From Eubacterium sp. (GTDB lineage: Bacteria; Bacillota; Clostridia; Oscillospirales; Acutalibacteraceae): 64,000 bases of DNA. Below, in pieces: positions 1 through 8,496 of the stretch (the first letter of the stretch is position 1; each line of letters opens with the position of its first letter). The notes under the pieces were generated by a model, which was not told where the DNA came from, did no database searches, and was given only the letters and a program-made list of their open reading frames with translations. Position numbers and translations under genes: made by a program. The stretch lies in NCBI GenBank assembly GCA_017463985.1, contig JAFUEH010000005.1, forward strand, positions 2,005 through 66,004, in the 5' to 3' direction.

Positions 1-87
1 AGAACAAGGTGATCACGTTGAACGCCTTACTCAGGCAACGCTCTAATAAAAAAGCTGTATTATATAATCATAACACAGCCATCAGCT

Positions 88-315
88 TTATATCTTTTGT
101 GGATTGTCTGTTCTGTCTAACAAATAATCTATATTTGTATTAAAAAAATCTGCCAGTGTTATTAAGGTTTCTGTCGGAGGAATCCTTTCACCGTTCTCAT
201 ACTTTGAAATCAACGACTGTTCAATTCCTGTCTGCATCTGCATAGCAATCTGTGTTAGTCCCCGTTTCTTTCTCAACTTTTTCAAATTGCTTCCCATAAC
301 ATCACCTAATGACAT
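88..315 (-). CDS. XRE-family helix-turn-helix transcriptional regulator
   Basis: 75-aa ORF with classic HTH_3 pattern LRKKRGLTQIAMQMQTGIEQSLISKYENGERIP...LADFFNTNIDYLL. Divergent from the 393 gene, with palindromic operators between them. Confidence 0.85.
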   Translation of the reverse strand: MSLGDVMGSNLKKLRKKRGLTQIAMQMQTGIEQSLISKYENGERIPPTETLITLADFFNTNIDYLLDRTDNPQKI

Positions 316-357
316 TATGTCATATTTTATCGTTGACTTTTATGACATCTTGTCATA
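309..357. promoter_or_regulatory. Two palindromic operator candidates for the XRE regulator
   Basis: ATGACAT-T-ATGTCAT at 309-323 spans the XRE start codon. TATGACA-TCT-TGTCATA at 341-357 lies inside the spacer of the + strand promoter. Both share the same half-site. Confidence 0.55.
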
Positions 358-361
358 TAAT
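333..361 (+). promoter_or_regulatory. sigma-A type promoter for the LRR lipoprotein gene
   Basis: TTGACT (333-338), 17-nt spacer, TATAAT (356-361), about 30 nt upstream of the ATG at 393. Confidence 0.65.
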
Positions 362-392
362 TGAACTGTAGCAATCGAAAGGAGCTAAGAGA

Positions 393-1340
393 ATGCGTAA
401 TACTAGAAGAATTTTTCCCCTTATTGTAGTGCTAATAATACTTTTTTTCCTACCTTCACTTTCCGGATGCCACGGTAAAGCAGATAATGGTATCATATAC
501 GATGATAGTGCAGACGAAAGCATATATAATGAGCAGGGCGAAAACATATCTACCTCCAGTCAGGCAGTTGTGGAAACCGAAGCAGAAAATATTTCAGAAG
601 AAATTGATTATGAGGAATTAATAAACCGTTCTGTGTTGCAATATCCCTCGTCCGACGATCAGTTCAAATACAATGTATACAAAGACAGTGTAACAGACAA
701 TTCTTTTGTTGAAATTACTGGCTACAGTGTATCAAAAGAAGAAGCCCAGGTCATAACGGAATTAGAGATACCAGATCAAATTGACGAAAAATATGTCCTC
801 AGTGTATCTGGATTCAGCAATTGCACAAATCTATCTAGTGTTGTATTTCCTAACAAGCTGATGAATATCGGCAACGACGCTTTTAAAGACTGTGCCATTA
901 TTGATTTGGATCTACCTGACAGTGTACAATATATCAACGATTACGGCTTTTTTAGGAATAAATTAGCATCCTTGCGTTGTCCGAAGAATTTGAAGCGGAT
1001 TGGTGATAAAGCCTTTGGTGATAATAAATTAGTCGATATTGTTACAAATGATAAGTTGGAAGCAATAGGAGAGCGTGCGTTTGCATTTAATTGGACACAA
1101 ATAGATGAGCTTGTTTTGCCGGAATCTTTACAATCCATCAGTTCTCAAGCATTTTTTAACACTGGCATAAAAGATGTATATATTAAATCGATGGATGTTT
1201 CCATTGGCACAGAAGTATTTGAACAGGCTAATATAGAGGAAAAAGACAGAACCAACACGGTTTATCATGCCTATCCAGGCTCTTCTGTTGCAACATATTG
1301 TGCAGAGAATAATTATACATTTGTTGTTCTTGAAAACTAA
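393..1340 (+). CDS. Lipoprotein with BspA-type leucine-rich repeats
   Basis: Signal peptide plus lipobox LSGC. Repeated LRR units (LPDSVQYINDYGF, CPKNLKRIGDKAFGDNKL, LPESLQSISSQAF). RBS GAAAGGAG 8 nt upstream. Confidence 0.8.
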   Translation: MRNTRRIFPLIVVLIILFFLPSLSGCHGKADNGIIYDDSADESIYNEQGENISTSSQAVVETEAENISEEIDYEELINRSVLQYPSSDDQFKYNVYKDSVTDNSFVEITGYSVSKEEAQVITELEIPDQIDEKYVLSVSGFSNCTNLSSVVFPNKLMNIGNDAFKDCAIIDLDLPDSVQYINDYGFFRNKLASLRCPKNLKRIGDKAFGDNKLVDIVTNDKLEAIGERAFAFNWTQIDELVLPESLQSISSQAFFNTGIKDVYIKSMDVSIGTEVFEQANIEEKDRTNTVYHAYPGSSVATYCAENNYTFVVLEN

Positions 1341-1350
1341 TCATTAACAT

Positions 1351-1385
1351 AAAGACCCGTTTTACATGAAGCGGGTCTTTCTCTC
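1351..1385 (+). terminator. Rho-independent terminator
   Basis: Stem AAAGACCCG / CGGGTCTTT followed by a T/C-rich tail, directly after the stop at 1340. Confidence 0.7.
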
Positions 1386-1569
1386 TATCAGCCATCACAG
1401 TCCTATTTCAAGGCCTGAAATCGGCATATAGTACTCCGTCACCTATCAACGCCATTACAGAAACCAAGTGTAATAAATAGCTTGTTCCCATATACGATCA
1501 CATTGGTTGCACTTTTTGAAAAAAAGTCAACGTTGTCAAAGCGTGTCGAAATTTTTGGATGAAAACAAT

Positions 1570-1598
1570 TTGACTTTAGTGTATGCCAATGCTATACT
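1570..1598 (+). promoter_or_regulatory. sigma-A type promoter with long leader
   Basis: TTGACT (1570-1575), 17-nt spacer, TATACT (1593-1598). It lies about 220 nt upstream of the next start codon (1819). Confidence 0.55.
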
Positions 1599-1731
1599 GA
1601 AATTGCCAAACGAATTCAAATATGCATATCCAAAGAAGCTTAGTTTTTTGTTTCAGAAAAAACTCTGCTCTTAAAACTATGCTTTTTGGTATATGTTGGA
1701 TTTGTTTGGCGACAGTCGAGCAGCGTTTTTT

Positions 1732-1762
1732 AGTGCGCTGGCTTCGGCTGCGCACTTTTTTG
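1732..1762. terminator. Terminator-like hairpin inside the leader (attenuator or sRNA 3' end)
   Basis: AGTGCGC...GCGCACT stem flanked by T-runs on both sides, 57 nt before the ATG at 1819. Confidence 0.45.
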
Positions 1763-1818
1763 GTTTCTGCAGAGCCGCATCGCTTATTCACATAAAAGAT
1801 CAAAAGGAAAGGAACTTT

Positions 1819-2085
1819 ATGTCAATTACAGAGGATTTATTTTACGGCGACTACAAGGGCTGTGAGCTGCCGCCGGCAGAGCAGGAAGCGCTCCGCCAAG
1901 CGACGGCACGCCTGGAGGAATACACGGCTGACTTTTGCCGGACACTCAGCGAGGCACAGCAGCAGACGTTTCATCAGCTGCGCAACATGGCGGAGGAGAT
2001 CGCAACGCGCGAAAAGCTCGGCTGCTATCAGAACGGTCTGACCGCAGGGCTTCACCTCGCCGCGGAAACCGACCGTCCGCAATAA
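1819..2085 (+). CDS. Small helical protein of unknown function (paralog of the 61094-61354 product)
   Basis: ATG at 1819 preceded by AAGGAAAGG; the longer ORF from 1693 has no RBS. Shares the pattern LxYGxxxxCExxxxxxxE...L..L.E.Q...F..........E...E.F..G with the island-encoded 86-aa protein. Confidence 0.6.
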   Translation: MSITEDLFYGDYKGCELPPAEQEALRQATARLEEYTADFCRTLSEAQQQTFHQLRNMAEEIATREKLGCYQNGLTAGLHLAAETDRPQ

Positions 2086-2091
2086 TCACAA

Positions 2092-2150
2092 AGGGCATCT
2101 CGGAAGCTTGCACTGTTTGAAAGGGTGCAGCTCCAAGATGCCCTGTTTTA
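2092..2150. terminator. Bidirectional terminator hairpin
   Basis: AGGGCATCT...AGATGCCCT outer stem with inner TGCAC/GTGCA stem, between convergent genes. Confidence 0.55.
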
Positions 2151-2158
2151 TATTTTCC

Positions 2159-2932
2159 TTACGGCGCGTCAACAATCCATTCGTGCGCTTTGTCGTTAAT
2201 ACGCGTTTTGTCCCACGGATCGCCGTCAAGATGGCGGATCAGCCAAACGTAATACATCTCATAGCACGGCGCCGTCACCTGCTGATGAGCGTTACCGCCG
2301 CGAATGCACAGACAGTCGCCGTTTTCGGTCTTATACGGCGTATCGCCCTCAAAGCCGGCGCCAAAGCCCTGCGACGGATTAAACTGATAATAATACAGCT
2401 CAGGCTGGGGATGGTGATGCGGCGGATAAGAGGACCAGCGGCCCGGCTGGTTGAACACCTCGCCCATGACCATATTGGAATACGGCGCGTTGTCAAGATC
2501 AAACATGGTGGATACAATGCGGTAGCCGGTACCCTCCCACTGGCCTTTGCCAAAATGCTGGTACAGGCAATTGCCCGGATGATAGAACTGCGGTTCCCAT
2601 GTTTTTTCGTTATCGGTCATCTGCACGAGCACCTCGCTGTCCTCCAGCGCCGTTACCGTCGCCGGCGTACCGTGTGAAAAATGCACGGCGTAAGGTGTTT
2701 TTTGAAACGGATTTTCCCGTTCGCAAGTCTCGTCGATGCTGTCACCGACCTGAAAGATCACCTTACCGGACAGCAGCAGGATCGCGGTTTCATTTTCCTT
2801 TTCATCAAAAGTCAGGCAAGCGCCCTTCTTCATTTTCTGAACATAAATATCCATCAGCATTTCGCTGTTGACGCCGTTCATTTCACAAAGGATCTTCTTA
2901 CCGTTCTCGTCGTATTGCGGTTTATAAAGCAT
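2159..2932 (-). CDS. IolB-family cupin (5-deoxy-glucuronate isomerase-like)
   Basis: GRWSSYPPHHHPQPELYYY matches the IolB signature (..SSYPPHKH..). RBS GGAGGAG. 11-nt gap after nadC. Confidence 0.7.
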   Translation of the reverse strand: MLYKPQYDENGKKILCEMNGVNSEMLMDIYVQKMKKGACLTFDEKENETAILLLSGKVIFQVGDSIDETCERENPFQKTPYAVHFSHGTPATVTALEDSEVLVQMTDNEKTWEPQFYHPGNCLYQHFGKGQWEGTGYRIVSTMFDLDNAPYSNMVMGEVFNQPGRWSSYPPHHHPQPELYYYQFNPSQGFGAGFEGDTPYKTENGDCLCIRGGNAHQQVTAPCYEMYYVWLIRHLDGDPWDKTRINDKAHEWIVDAP

Positions 2933-2943
2933 GGTGCTCCTCC

Positions 2944-3783
2944 TTATTCAATCGGTTGCAGGTTTTTCAGGCTGACGTCCATGATCGGCGCAGAATGGGT
3001 CAGCGCGCCGCAGGACACAAAGTCAACACCGACAGCAGCGATCTCCTTCAGGCGCTCCTTGGTCACGTTGCCGCTGCATTCTGTCTGCGCTCTGCCGCCG
3101 ATCATAGCCACGGCCTTGCGCATGGTTTCGTTATCCATATTATCCAGCATGATAATATCTGCGCCGGCGTCCAATGCCTCCTGCACCTGTTCCAGCGTTT
3201 CTGTTTCGATCTCAATTTTCCGTACAAACGGCGCATAAGCCTTGGCCATAAGAATCGCCTTTGTCACGGAGCCGGCGGCGCCAATATGGTTATCCTTCAG
3301 CAACACGCCGTCGGACAGGTTATAGCGGTGGTTCGTGCCGCCGCCGACCTTCACAGCGTGCTTCTCGAACGGACGCATATTGGGCGTCGTTTTACGCGTG
3401 TCGAGCAGCACTGTGCCGGTGCCGGCCAGCTCGTCGGCATATTCGCGCGTCATCGTTGCGATGCCGCTCATGCGCTGGAGGTAGTTCAGCGCCGTCCGTT
3501 CGCCGGACAGCAGCGCCTTGATATCGCCGTAGATCACGCCGATCACACTGCCTTTTTCAACACGGTCGCCGTCACAGTAATCCGTTTCAAAGCGGCTGTT
3601 TTCATCGAGCAGCGCAAAGGTGCGCGCAAAGACATCCAGTCCGCAAAGAATACCGCTCTGCTTACAGATCAAGTCGGCTTTGCCCTGCTTGTCCTCCGGC
3701 ATGACCGCGTTGGTGGACACGTCCTCAGAGGTAATATCCTCCTTCAGTGTGTGGAGAATATAGCTGTCAACATTCAGCTTCAT
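2944..3783 (-). CDS. nadC: Nicotinate-nucleotide pyrophosphorylase (carboxylating)
   Basis: QPRTase motifs LSGERTALNYLQRMSGIAT, DTRKTTPNMRPFEKHAVKVGGGTNHR, LLKDNHI. The ORF opens at 3831 but would overlap nadB by 65 nt, so the ATG at 3783 (MKLNVDSY) is preferred. Start uncertain. Confidence 0.9.
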   Translation of the reverse strand: MKLNVDSYILHTLKEDITSEDVSTNAVMPEDKQGKADLICKQSGILCGLDVFARTFALLDENSRFETDYCDGDRVEKGSVIGVIYGDIKALLSGERTALNYLQRMSGIATMTREYADELAGTGTVLLDTRKTTPNMRPFEKHAVKVGGGTNHRYNLSDGVLLKDNHIGAAGSVTKAILMAKAYAPFVRKIEIETETLEQVQEALDAGADIIMLDNMDNETMRKAVAMIGGRAQTECSGNVTKERLKEIAAVGVDFVSCGALTHSAPIMDVSLKNLQPIE

Positions 3784-5098
3784 CGTTACACCATTTATCA
3801 TAAAACGCTTCGTCCTTTCTTTTAATCTCATTCATGATCAGCGCGCGGAATTCCTGCTCGCGCACCGCCTTCGACGGATAGCTTTTCAGGTCCACCGGCG
3901 GCAGATCGGTATTTTTCTCTTCCGTATCGGCCGCAATGGTGTCCGCCGCTCGCTTCGCAAACACAAGGCTTTCCAGCAGAGAGTTAGAGGCCAGACGGTT
4001 ACGGCCGTGCACCCCGCTACAGGCCGTTTCGCCCACGGCATACAGGTGCTTCATCGAGGTAGCGCCGTTGATATCCGCTTTCACACCGCCCATCATATAG
4101 TGCTGCGCCGGCGTAACAGGCACACGGTCCTTCGTGATATCATAGCCTTCCTCCAGACACGCCTCAAAGATATTCGGAAAGCGCTCATGTGCCTCCTCGC
4201 TGGTCATATTCGGCAGGGTCAGATAGACGTGATCTGTGCCGAACTTTTTCATTTCCTCCACGATGGCATTCGTTACCACGTCACGTGGCTGCAGCTCGTC
4301 CGTGAAGCGCTCACCGTTTTCGTTCAGCAGTACGGCGCCCTCGCCGCGCACGCTTTCACTGATCAAAAAGCGGCGTCCCTCCTTGCGCGAATAAAGCGTA
4401 GTGGGATGGATTTGGATATAATTCATGTCCTGCAGCGCAATACCGTGCTTCAACGACAGCGCAAAAGCGTCGCCGGTGATATGGGCAAAATTGGTGCTGT
4501 TTTTAAACAGGCCGCCGATACCGCCGGTAGCCAGGATAATATTCTTTGCCAGGATCGCGCCTCTCTCGCCGTATTCATCCTCACACACGATACCGAAGCA
4601 ATCGTTATTGCGCTCGATCAGGTCGATCATCGTGGTTTGGGTGACGAATGTGATGTTCGGACGCTGCAGCGCAATATAGAGCAGTGCGTCCGTGATCTGC
4701 TTACCGGTTTCGTCCTTATAATGCAGGATACGGTTACGGCGGTGCGCTCCCTCGCGCGTATAGTCATATTCTCCGTCGCCGCCAACATCAAACTGCACGC
4801 CAAGCTGAATCAGCGTGTTGATCACCTCCGGCGAGGACTCGATCATCACGCGCACGGCGTTAGCGTCGTTTTCGTAATGACCGGCCTTCATCGTGTCCAC
4901 AAAATAGCAGTCGAAGTCCTCAATGTCCTTGAGCACACACACGCCGCCCTGCGCCAGATAGGAGTCGCACTCCTTGAGTTCCTCCTTCGTGATGACCAGA
5001 ATATCCATGTCGCGCGGCAGACACAGCGCGGCAAACACGCCGGCGACACCGGAGCCGACGATCACTGTTTCGGTTTTAATAAAGTCTTGTTTTCTCAT
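3767..5098 (-). CDS. nadB: L-aspartate oxidase
   Basis: N-terminal FAD fold VIVGSGVAGVFAAL, RGEGAVLLN motif, fumarate-reductase/succinate-DH type flavoprotein core. Directly upstream of nadC. Confidence 0.9.
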   Translation of the reverse strand: MRKQDFIKTETVIVGSGVAGVFAALCLPRDMDILVITKEELKECDSYLAQGGVCVLKDIEDFDCYFVDTMKAGHYENDANAVRVMIESSPEVINTLIQLGVQFDVGGDGEYDYTREGAHRRNRILHYKDETGKQITDALLYIALQRPNITFVTQTTMIDLIERNNDCFGIVCEDEYGERGAILAKNIILATGGIGGLFKNSTNFAHITGDAFALSLKHGIALQDMNYIQIHPTTLYSRKEGRRFLISESVRGEGAVLLNENGERFTDELQPRDVVTNAIVEEMKKFGTDHVYLTLPNMTSEEAHERFPNIFEACLEEGYDITKDRVPVTPAQHYMMGGVKADINGATSMKHLYAVGETACSGVHGRNRLASNSLLESLVFAKRAADTIAADTEEKNTDLPPVDLKSYPSKAVREQEFRALIMNEIKRKDEAFYDKWCNDEAEC

Positions 5099-5149
5099 AG
5101 CCTAAGGTTTCTCGCTTTAACGTTCCGTTCGCCGCAAAGGGACGCCGGA

Positions 5150-5806
5150 TTATTTTTTCATCTCAGCACGCGCTTCCTGAATGCGCTGTACAAACAGCTT
5201 GCCGGTTTCGGTAATCTTTTCATACTCGCCCGTCTTAGCGCCTGCGGTCAGAGAAGAACCGGCGCCGACGGCGATCGCACCGGCTTTGATCCATTCCTTC
5301 ACGTTGTCCACATCTACGCCGCCGGACGGCATCATCACCGCGTGCGGAATCGGGCCGTGAATATCCTTAATAAAGCGCGGACCGGCCAAATCGCCCGGGA
5401 ATACCTTGAGCACATCGGCGCCGCACTCCATCGCAGCCACCGCCTCTGTCGGCGTATAAATACCCGGCATTGACGGAATACCGTAGCGGTTACAGCACTT
5501 CACGGTCTCCGGGTCAAAATACGGTGCCACAACATATTCCGCGCCGGCTAAAATGGCAATACGGGCTGTTGCGGCGTCCATCACCGTACCGGCGCCGATA
5601 ATAATTTCGCCGGAATTGTACTTGGCGCGCATCGCCTCGATCAGCTTGTCGGCATGCGGCACGGTAAATGTCAGTTCGATGGCCGCTACACCGCCGGCGA
5701 TGCAGGCGTCAGTGATCTTTTCCGCCTGTTCAATAGAGGTGGCGCGCACCACGGCGACAATACCAACCTCTTGAATTTTTGAAAGTGTTTCAATTTTATT
5801 AGACAT
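5150..5806 (-). CDS. eda: 2-dehydro-3-deoxyphosphogluconate / 4-hydroxy-2-oxoglutarate aldolase
   Basis: KDPG aldolase pattern (VAVVRA, IELTF, GAGTV, LKVFPG). RBS AAGGGAGAA. Follows kdgK. Confidence 0.9.
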   Translation of the reverse strand: MSNKIETLSKIQEVGIVAVVRATSIEQAEKITDACIAGGVAAIELTFTVPHADKLIEAMRAKYNSGEIIIGAGTVMDAATARIAILAGAEYVVAPYFDPETVKCCNRYGIPSMPGIYTPTEAVAAMECGADVLKVFPGDLAGPRFIKDIHGPIPHAVMMPSGGVDVDNVKEWIKAGAIAVGAGSSLTAGAKTGEYEKITETGKLFVQRIQEARAEMKK

Positions 5807-5818
5807 AGTTATTCTCCC

Positions 5819-6916
5819 TTATCGCTGTACTCTGGCAGAAGCACCGTTCACCTTGGCTTCTACTTCTTTCAGGCTGGCCATAGAGGTGTCGCCCGGGGTC
5901 GTCATGGCGAGCGCACCGTGCACCACGCCGTAGTTCACCGCCTTCTGCGCATCCTGATAGGTCATTAAACCGTAAATCAGGCCGCTGGCAAAGCTATCGC
6001 CGCCGCCGACACGGTCGAGGATCTCCAGCCCCGGATAGGCTAAGCTGTTATAGATCTTACCGTCTGCCCAGCAGATTGCTTTCCAGTCGTTTACCGTTGC
6101 CGTCTTAACCGTTCTGAGCGTCGTAGCAATTACCTTGAAGTTAGGATAGGCCTTGGTAACGGTTTCGATCATTTTATAGTAGCCGTCCATATTCAGCTCC
6201 TTGAGCTCGGCGTCGTTGCCCTCTACCTCAAAGCCGAGGGAGGCGGTAAAGTCCTCCTCGTTGCCGATCATCACGTCAACGTATTTAGCGATCTCACGGT
6301 TGACCTCCTGCGCCTTCGCCTGACCGCCGATTCCCTTCCAGAGCGACGGTCGGTAGTTCAGATCATAAGACACCACCGTACCGTATTCCTTTGCCTTTTT
6401 CACCGCTTCAATCACCACCTCGGCGGCCGTTTCGCTCAGGGCGGCATAAATACCGCCGGTGTGGAGCCAGCGCACGCCAAGCGTTCCGAAAATATAATCC
6501 CAGTCGATGTCGCCCGGTTTGAGCTGCGCCGCAGCGGTATTGCCTCTGTCAGAGGTACCGACCGCACCGCGGATACCAAAGCCGCGCTCGGTGAAATTAA
6601 TGCCGTTACGCACTGTTCTGCCGATACCGTCATACGGCACCCAGCGGATCAGCGAAGTGTCCACGCCGCCCTGCAGGATCAGATCCTCCATAAGATAGCC
6701 TACCTCGTTTTCGGCAAAGGCGGTCACGACGGCGGTTTTTAAGCCAAAGCAACGGCGCAGGCCGCGCGCCACGTTATATTCGCCGCCGCCCTCCCAGGCG
6801 CGGAAGGAGCGCGCGGTTTTGATTCTTCCCTCGCCCGGATCAAGCCGCAGCATGATCTCTCCGAGCGAAATTTCATCATAAGCACATTCCTCTTTCGGTC
6901 TCAAATTCAGGTTCAT
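5819..6916 (-). CDS. kdgK: 2-dehydro-3-deoxygluconokinase (PfkB family)
   Basis: C-terminal GGGDSFASGLIYGL ribokinase-family motif, between uxaC and eda. The ATG at 6916 has a GAGAGGA RBS; the ORF-track start at 6937 is a TTG. Confidence 0.85.
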   Translation of the reverse strand: MNLNLRPKEECAYDEISLGEIMLRLDPGEGRIKTARSFRAWEGGGEYNVARGLRRCFGLKTAVVTAFAENEVGYLMEDLILQGGVDTSLIRWVPYDGIGRTVRNGINFTERGFGIRGAVGTSDRGNTAAAQLKPGDIDWDYIFGTLGVRWLHTGGIYAALSETAAEVVIEAVKKAKEYGTVVSYDLNYRPSLWKGIGGQAKAQEVNREIAKYVDVMIGNEEDFTASLGFEVEGNDAELKELNMDGYYKMIETVTKAYPNFKVIATTLRTVKTATVNDWKAICWADGKIYNSLAYPGLEILDRVGGGDSFASGLIYGLMTYQDAQKAVNYGVVHGALAMTTPGDTSMASLKEVEAKVNGASARVQR

Positions 6917-6929
6917 GTTGATGTCCTCT

Positions 6930-8333
6930 CTATTCAAAATTAAAATATTTCATCGCATTATGATAACAGATGCCCTGCACGATCTCACGCAGCACCTCTT
7001 CGTCATCATCCACCATGCCTTCCTCCACCCATTCACCGAGCAGGCGGCACAGGATACGCCGGAAGTATTCGTGACGGGCGTAGGAGGTAAAGGAGCGCGA
7101 ATCGGTCTCCATACCGACAAACTTGCCGAGTACGCCAAGGTTGCCGAGCGATTTAAGCTGCGCGGTCATGCCGTCCATCGTGTCTAAAAACCACCAGGCC
7201 GGTCCGTACTGCAGCTTGCCGGCAGTCTCGCTGCTTTGGAAGTTGCCGAGCATGGTGGCCAGCACCGTGTTATCCTTGTCATTCAGATTAAACAGGATGG
7301 TTTTCGGCAGACAGCCCTCTGTATTCAGCGCATCCAAAAAGCGTGACAGCGGCGCGGCGATCGCACAGTCACCGACGCTGTCAAAGCCCGTATCCGCACC
7401 GAGCGCACGAAACATCGCTGTATTGTTATTGCGCATGGCACCGATATGAATTTCCATCGTCCAGCCGAGCGCAGCATATTTTTTACCGAGTGCCAGCATA
7501 ACGGCTGTACGGTAACGGTCGGCGTCCTTTTGATCCGGCTTTTCGCCCTTTATGGCCTTGCGGAAAATCTTATTCAGCTTCTCCGGCTCCGCCGGACGGT
7601 ACGGTACGTAGTCAAACGCTTGGTCAGCAATCCGGCAACCGACGGTATGGAAATAGTCCGCCCGTTTTTCCAGCGCAGCGATCACGTCCGCCACCGTTTC
7701 GATCCTGCAATCAGCTGCCTTTTCCAGCGCATGAATATAATCGACAAAGCCGTCGAGCTGAATGTTCAGCGCCTTGTCCGGCCGGAACGAGGGCAGCACC
7801 TGACAGTCGAAAGCTTTTTCCTCCTGCAGCAGGCGGTGATATTCCAGCGTATCCACCGGATCGTCCGTCGTGCAAACCACCTTAACGTGCGAACGGGCGA
7901 TCAACGTTTGCGGCCGAAAATCACCTTCCGCTATCGCGCGGTTTGCGCGCTCGTAAACCGCCTCCGCCGTTTTAGCGTTCAGCGGCGTATCGATACCGAA
8001 ATAGCGCTGCAGCTCTAAATGCGCCCAGTGATAAAGCGGATTACCGATACAGTACTGCAGCGTTTCGGCAAATTTGATAAATTTTTCCTTCGGCGCAGCG
8101 TCGCCGGTACAGTACCGCTCCTCTACGCCCGCGCTGCGCATAGCGCGCCACTTATAATGGTCGCCTGACAGCCATAGCTGCGCAATATTTTCCGGCTGGC
8201 GATTTTCATAGATCTCCTGCGGACTCAGGTGACAGTGATAATCGCAGATCGGCATCGCTTCTGCGTAGTCATGAAACAGCCGACGCGCGGCCTTCGTGTT
8301 GAGTAAAAACTCACTATCCATAAAAGGCTTCAT
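6930..8333 (-). CDS. uxaC: Glucuronate isomerase
   Basis: N-terminal FLLNTKAARRLFHDYAEAMPICDYHCHLSPQEI is the UxaC signature. RBS AAAGAGGTG. Confidence 0.95.
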   Translation of the reverse strand: MKPFMDSEFLLNTKAARRLFHDYAEAMPICDYHCHLSPQEIYENRQPENIAQLWLSGDHYKWRAMRSAGVEERYCTGDAAPKEKFIKFAETLQYCIGNPLYHWAHLELQRYFGIDTPLNAKTAEAVYERANRAIAEGDFRPQTLIARSHVKVVCTTDDPVDTLEYHRLLQEEKAFDCQVLPSFRPDKALNIQLDGFVDYIHALEKAADCRIETVADVIAALEKRADYFHTVGCRIADQAFDYVPYRPAEPEKLNKIFRKAIKGEKPDQKDADRYRTAVMLALGKKYAALGWTMEIHIGAMRNNNTAMFRALGADTGFDSVGDCAIAAPLSRFLDALNTEGCLPKTILFNLNDKDNTVLATMLGNFQSSETAGKLQYGPAWWFLDTMDGMTAQLKSLGNLGVLGKFVGMETDSRSFTSYARHEYFRRILCRLLGEWVEEGMVDDDEEVLREIVQGICYHNAMKYFNFE

Positions 8334-8496
8334 AGTGCACCTCTTTATTTTTAATTATAGATATTATATACTGAACGTTTTTTGATTTCAATAGCAATCC
8401 TCATAAAATTTACTTGCGAGTAATAGAATAGTTATGCTATGATAGAGTAAATTTGTACGCATTGTACGCAATAACGCAGGCGGTAACGGAGACGGT

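Noticed and set aside
2956-5473. Long + strand ORFs (2956-3825, 4007-5473) antisense to nadC and nadB
   Set aside because: These are typical GC-rich shadow frames. The products are Arg/Ala/His-rich with no motifs, while the minus-strand frames carry unmistakable NadC/NadB signatures.
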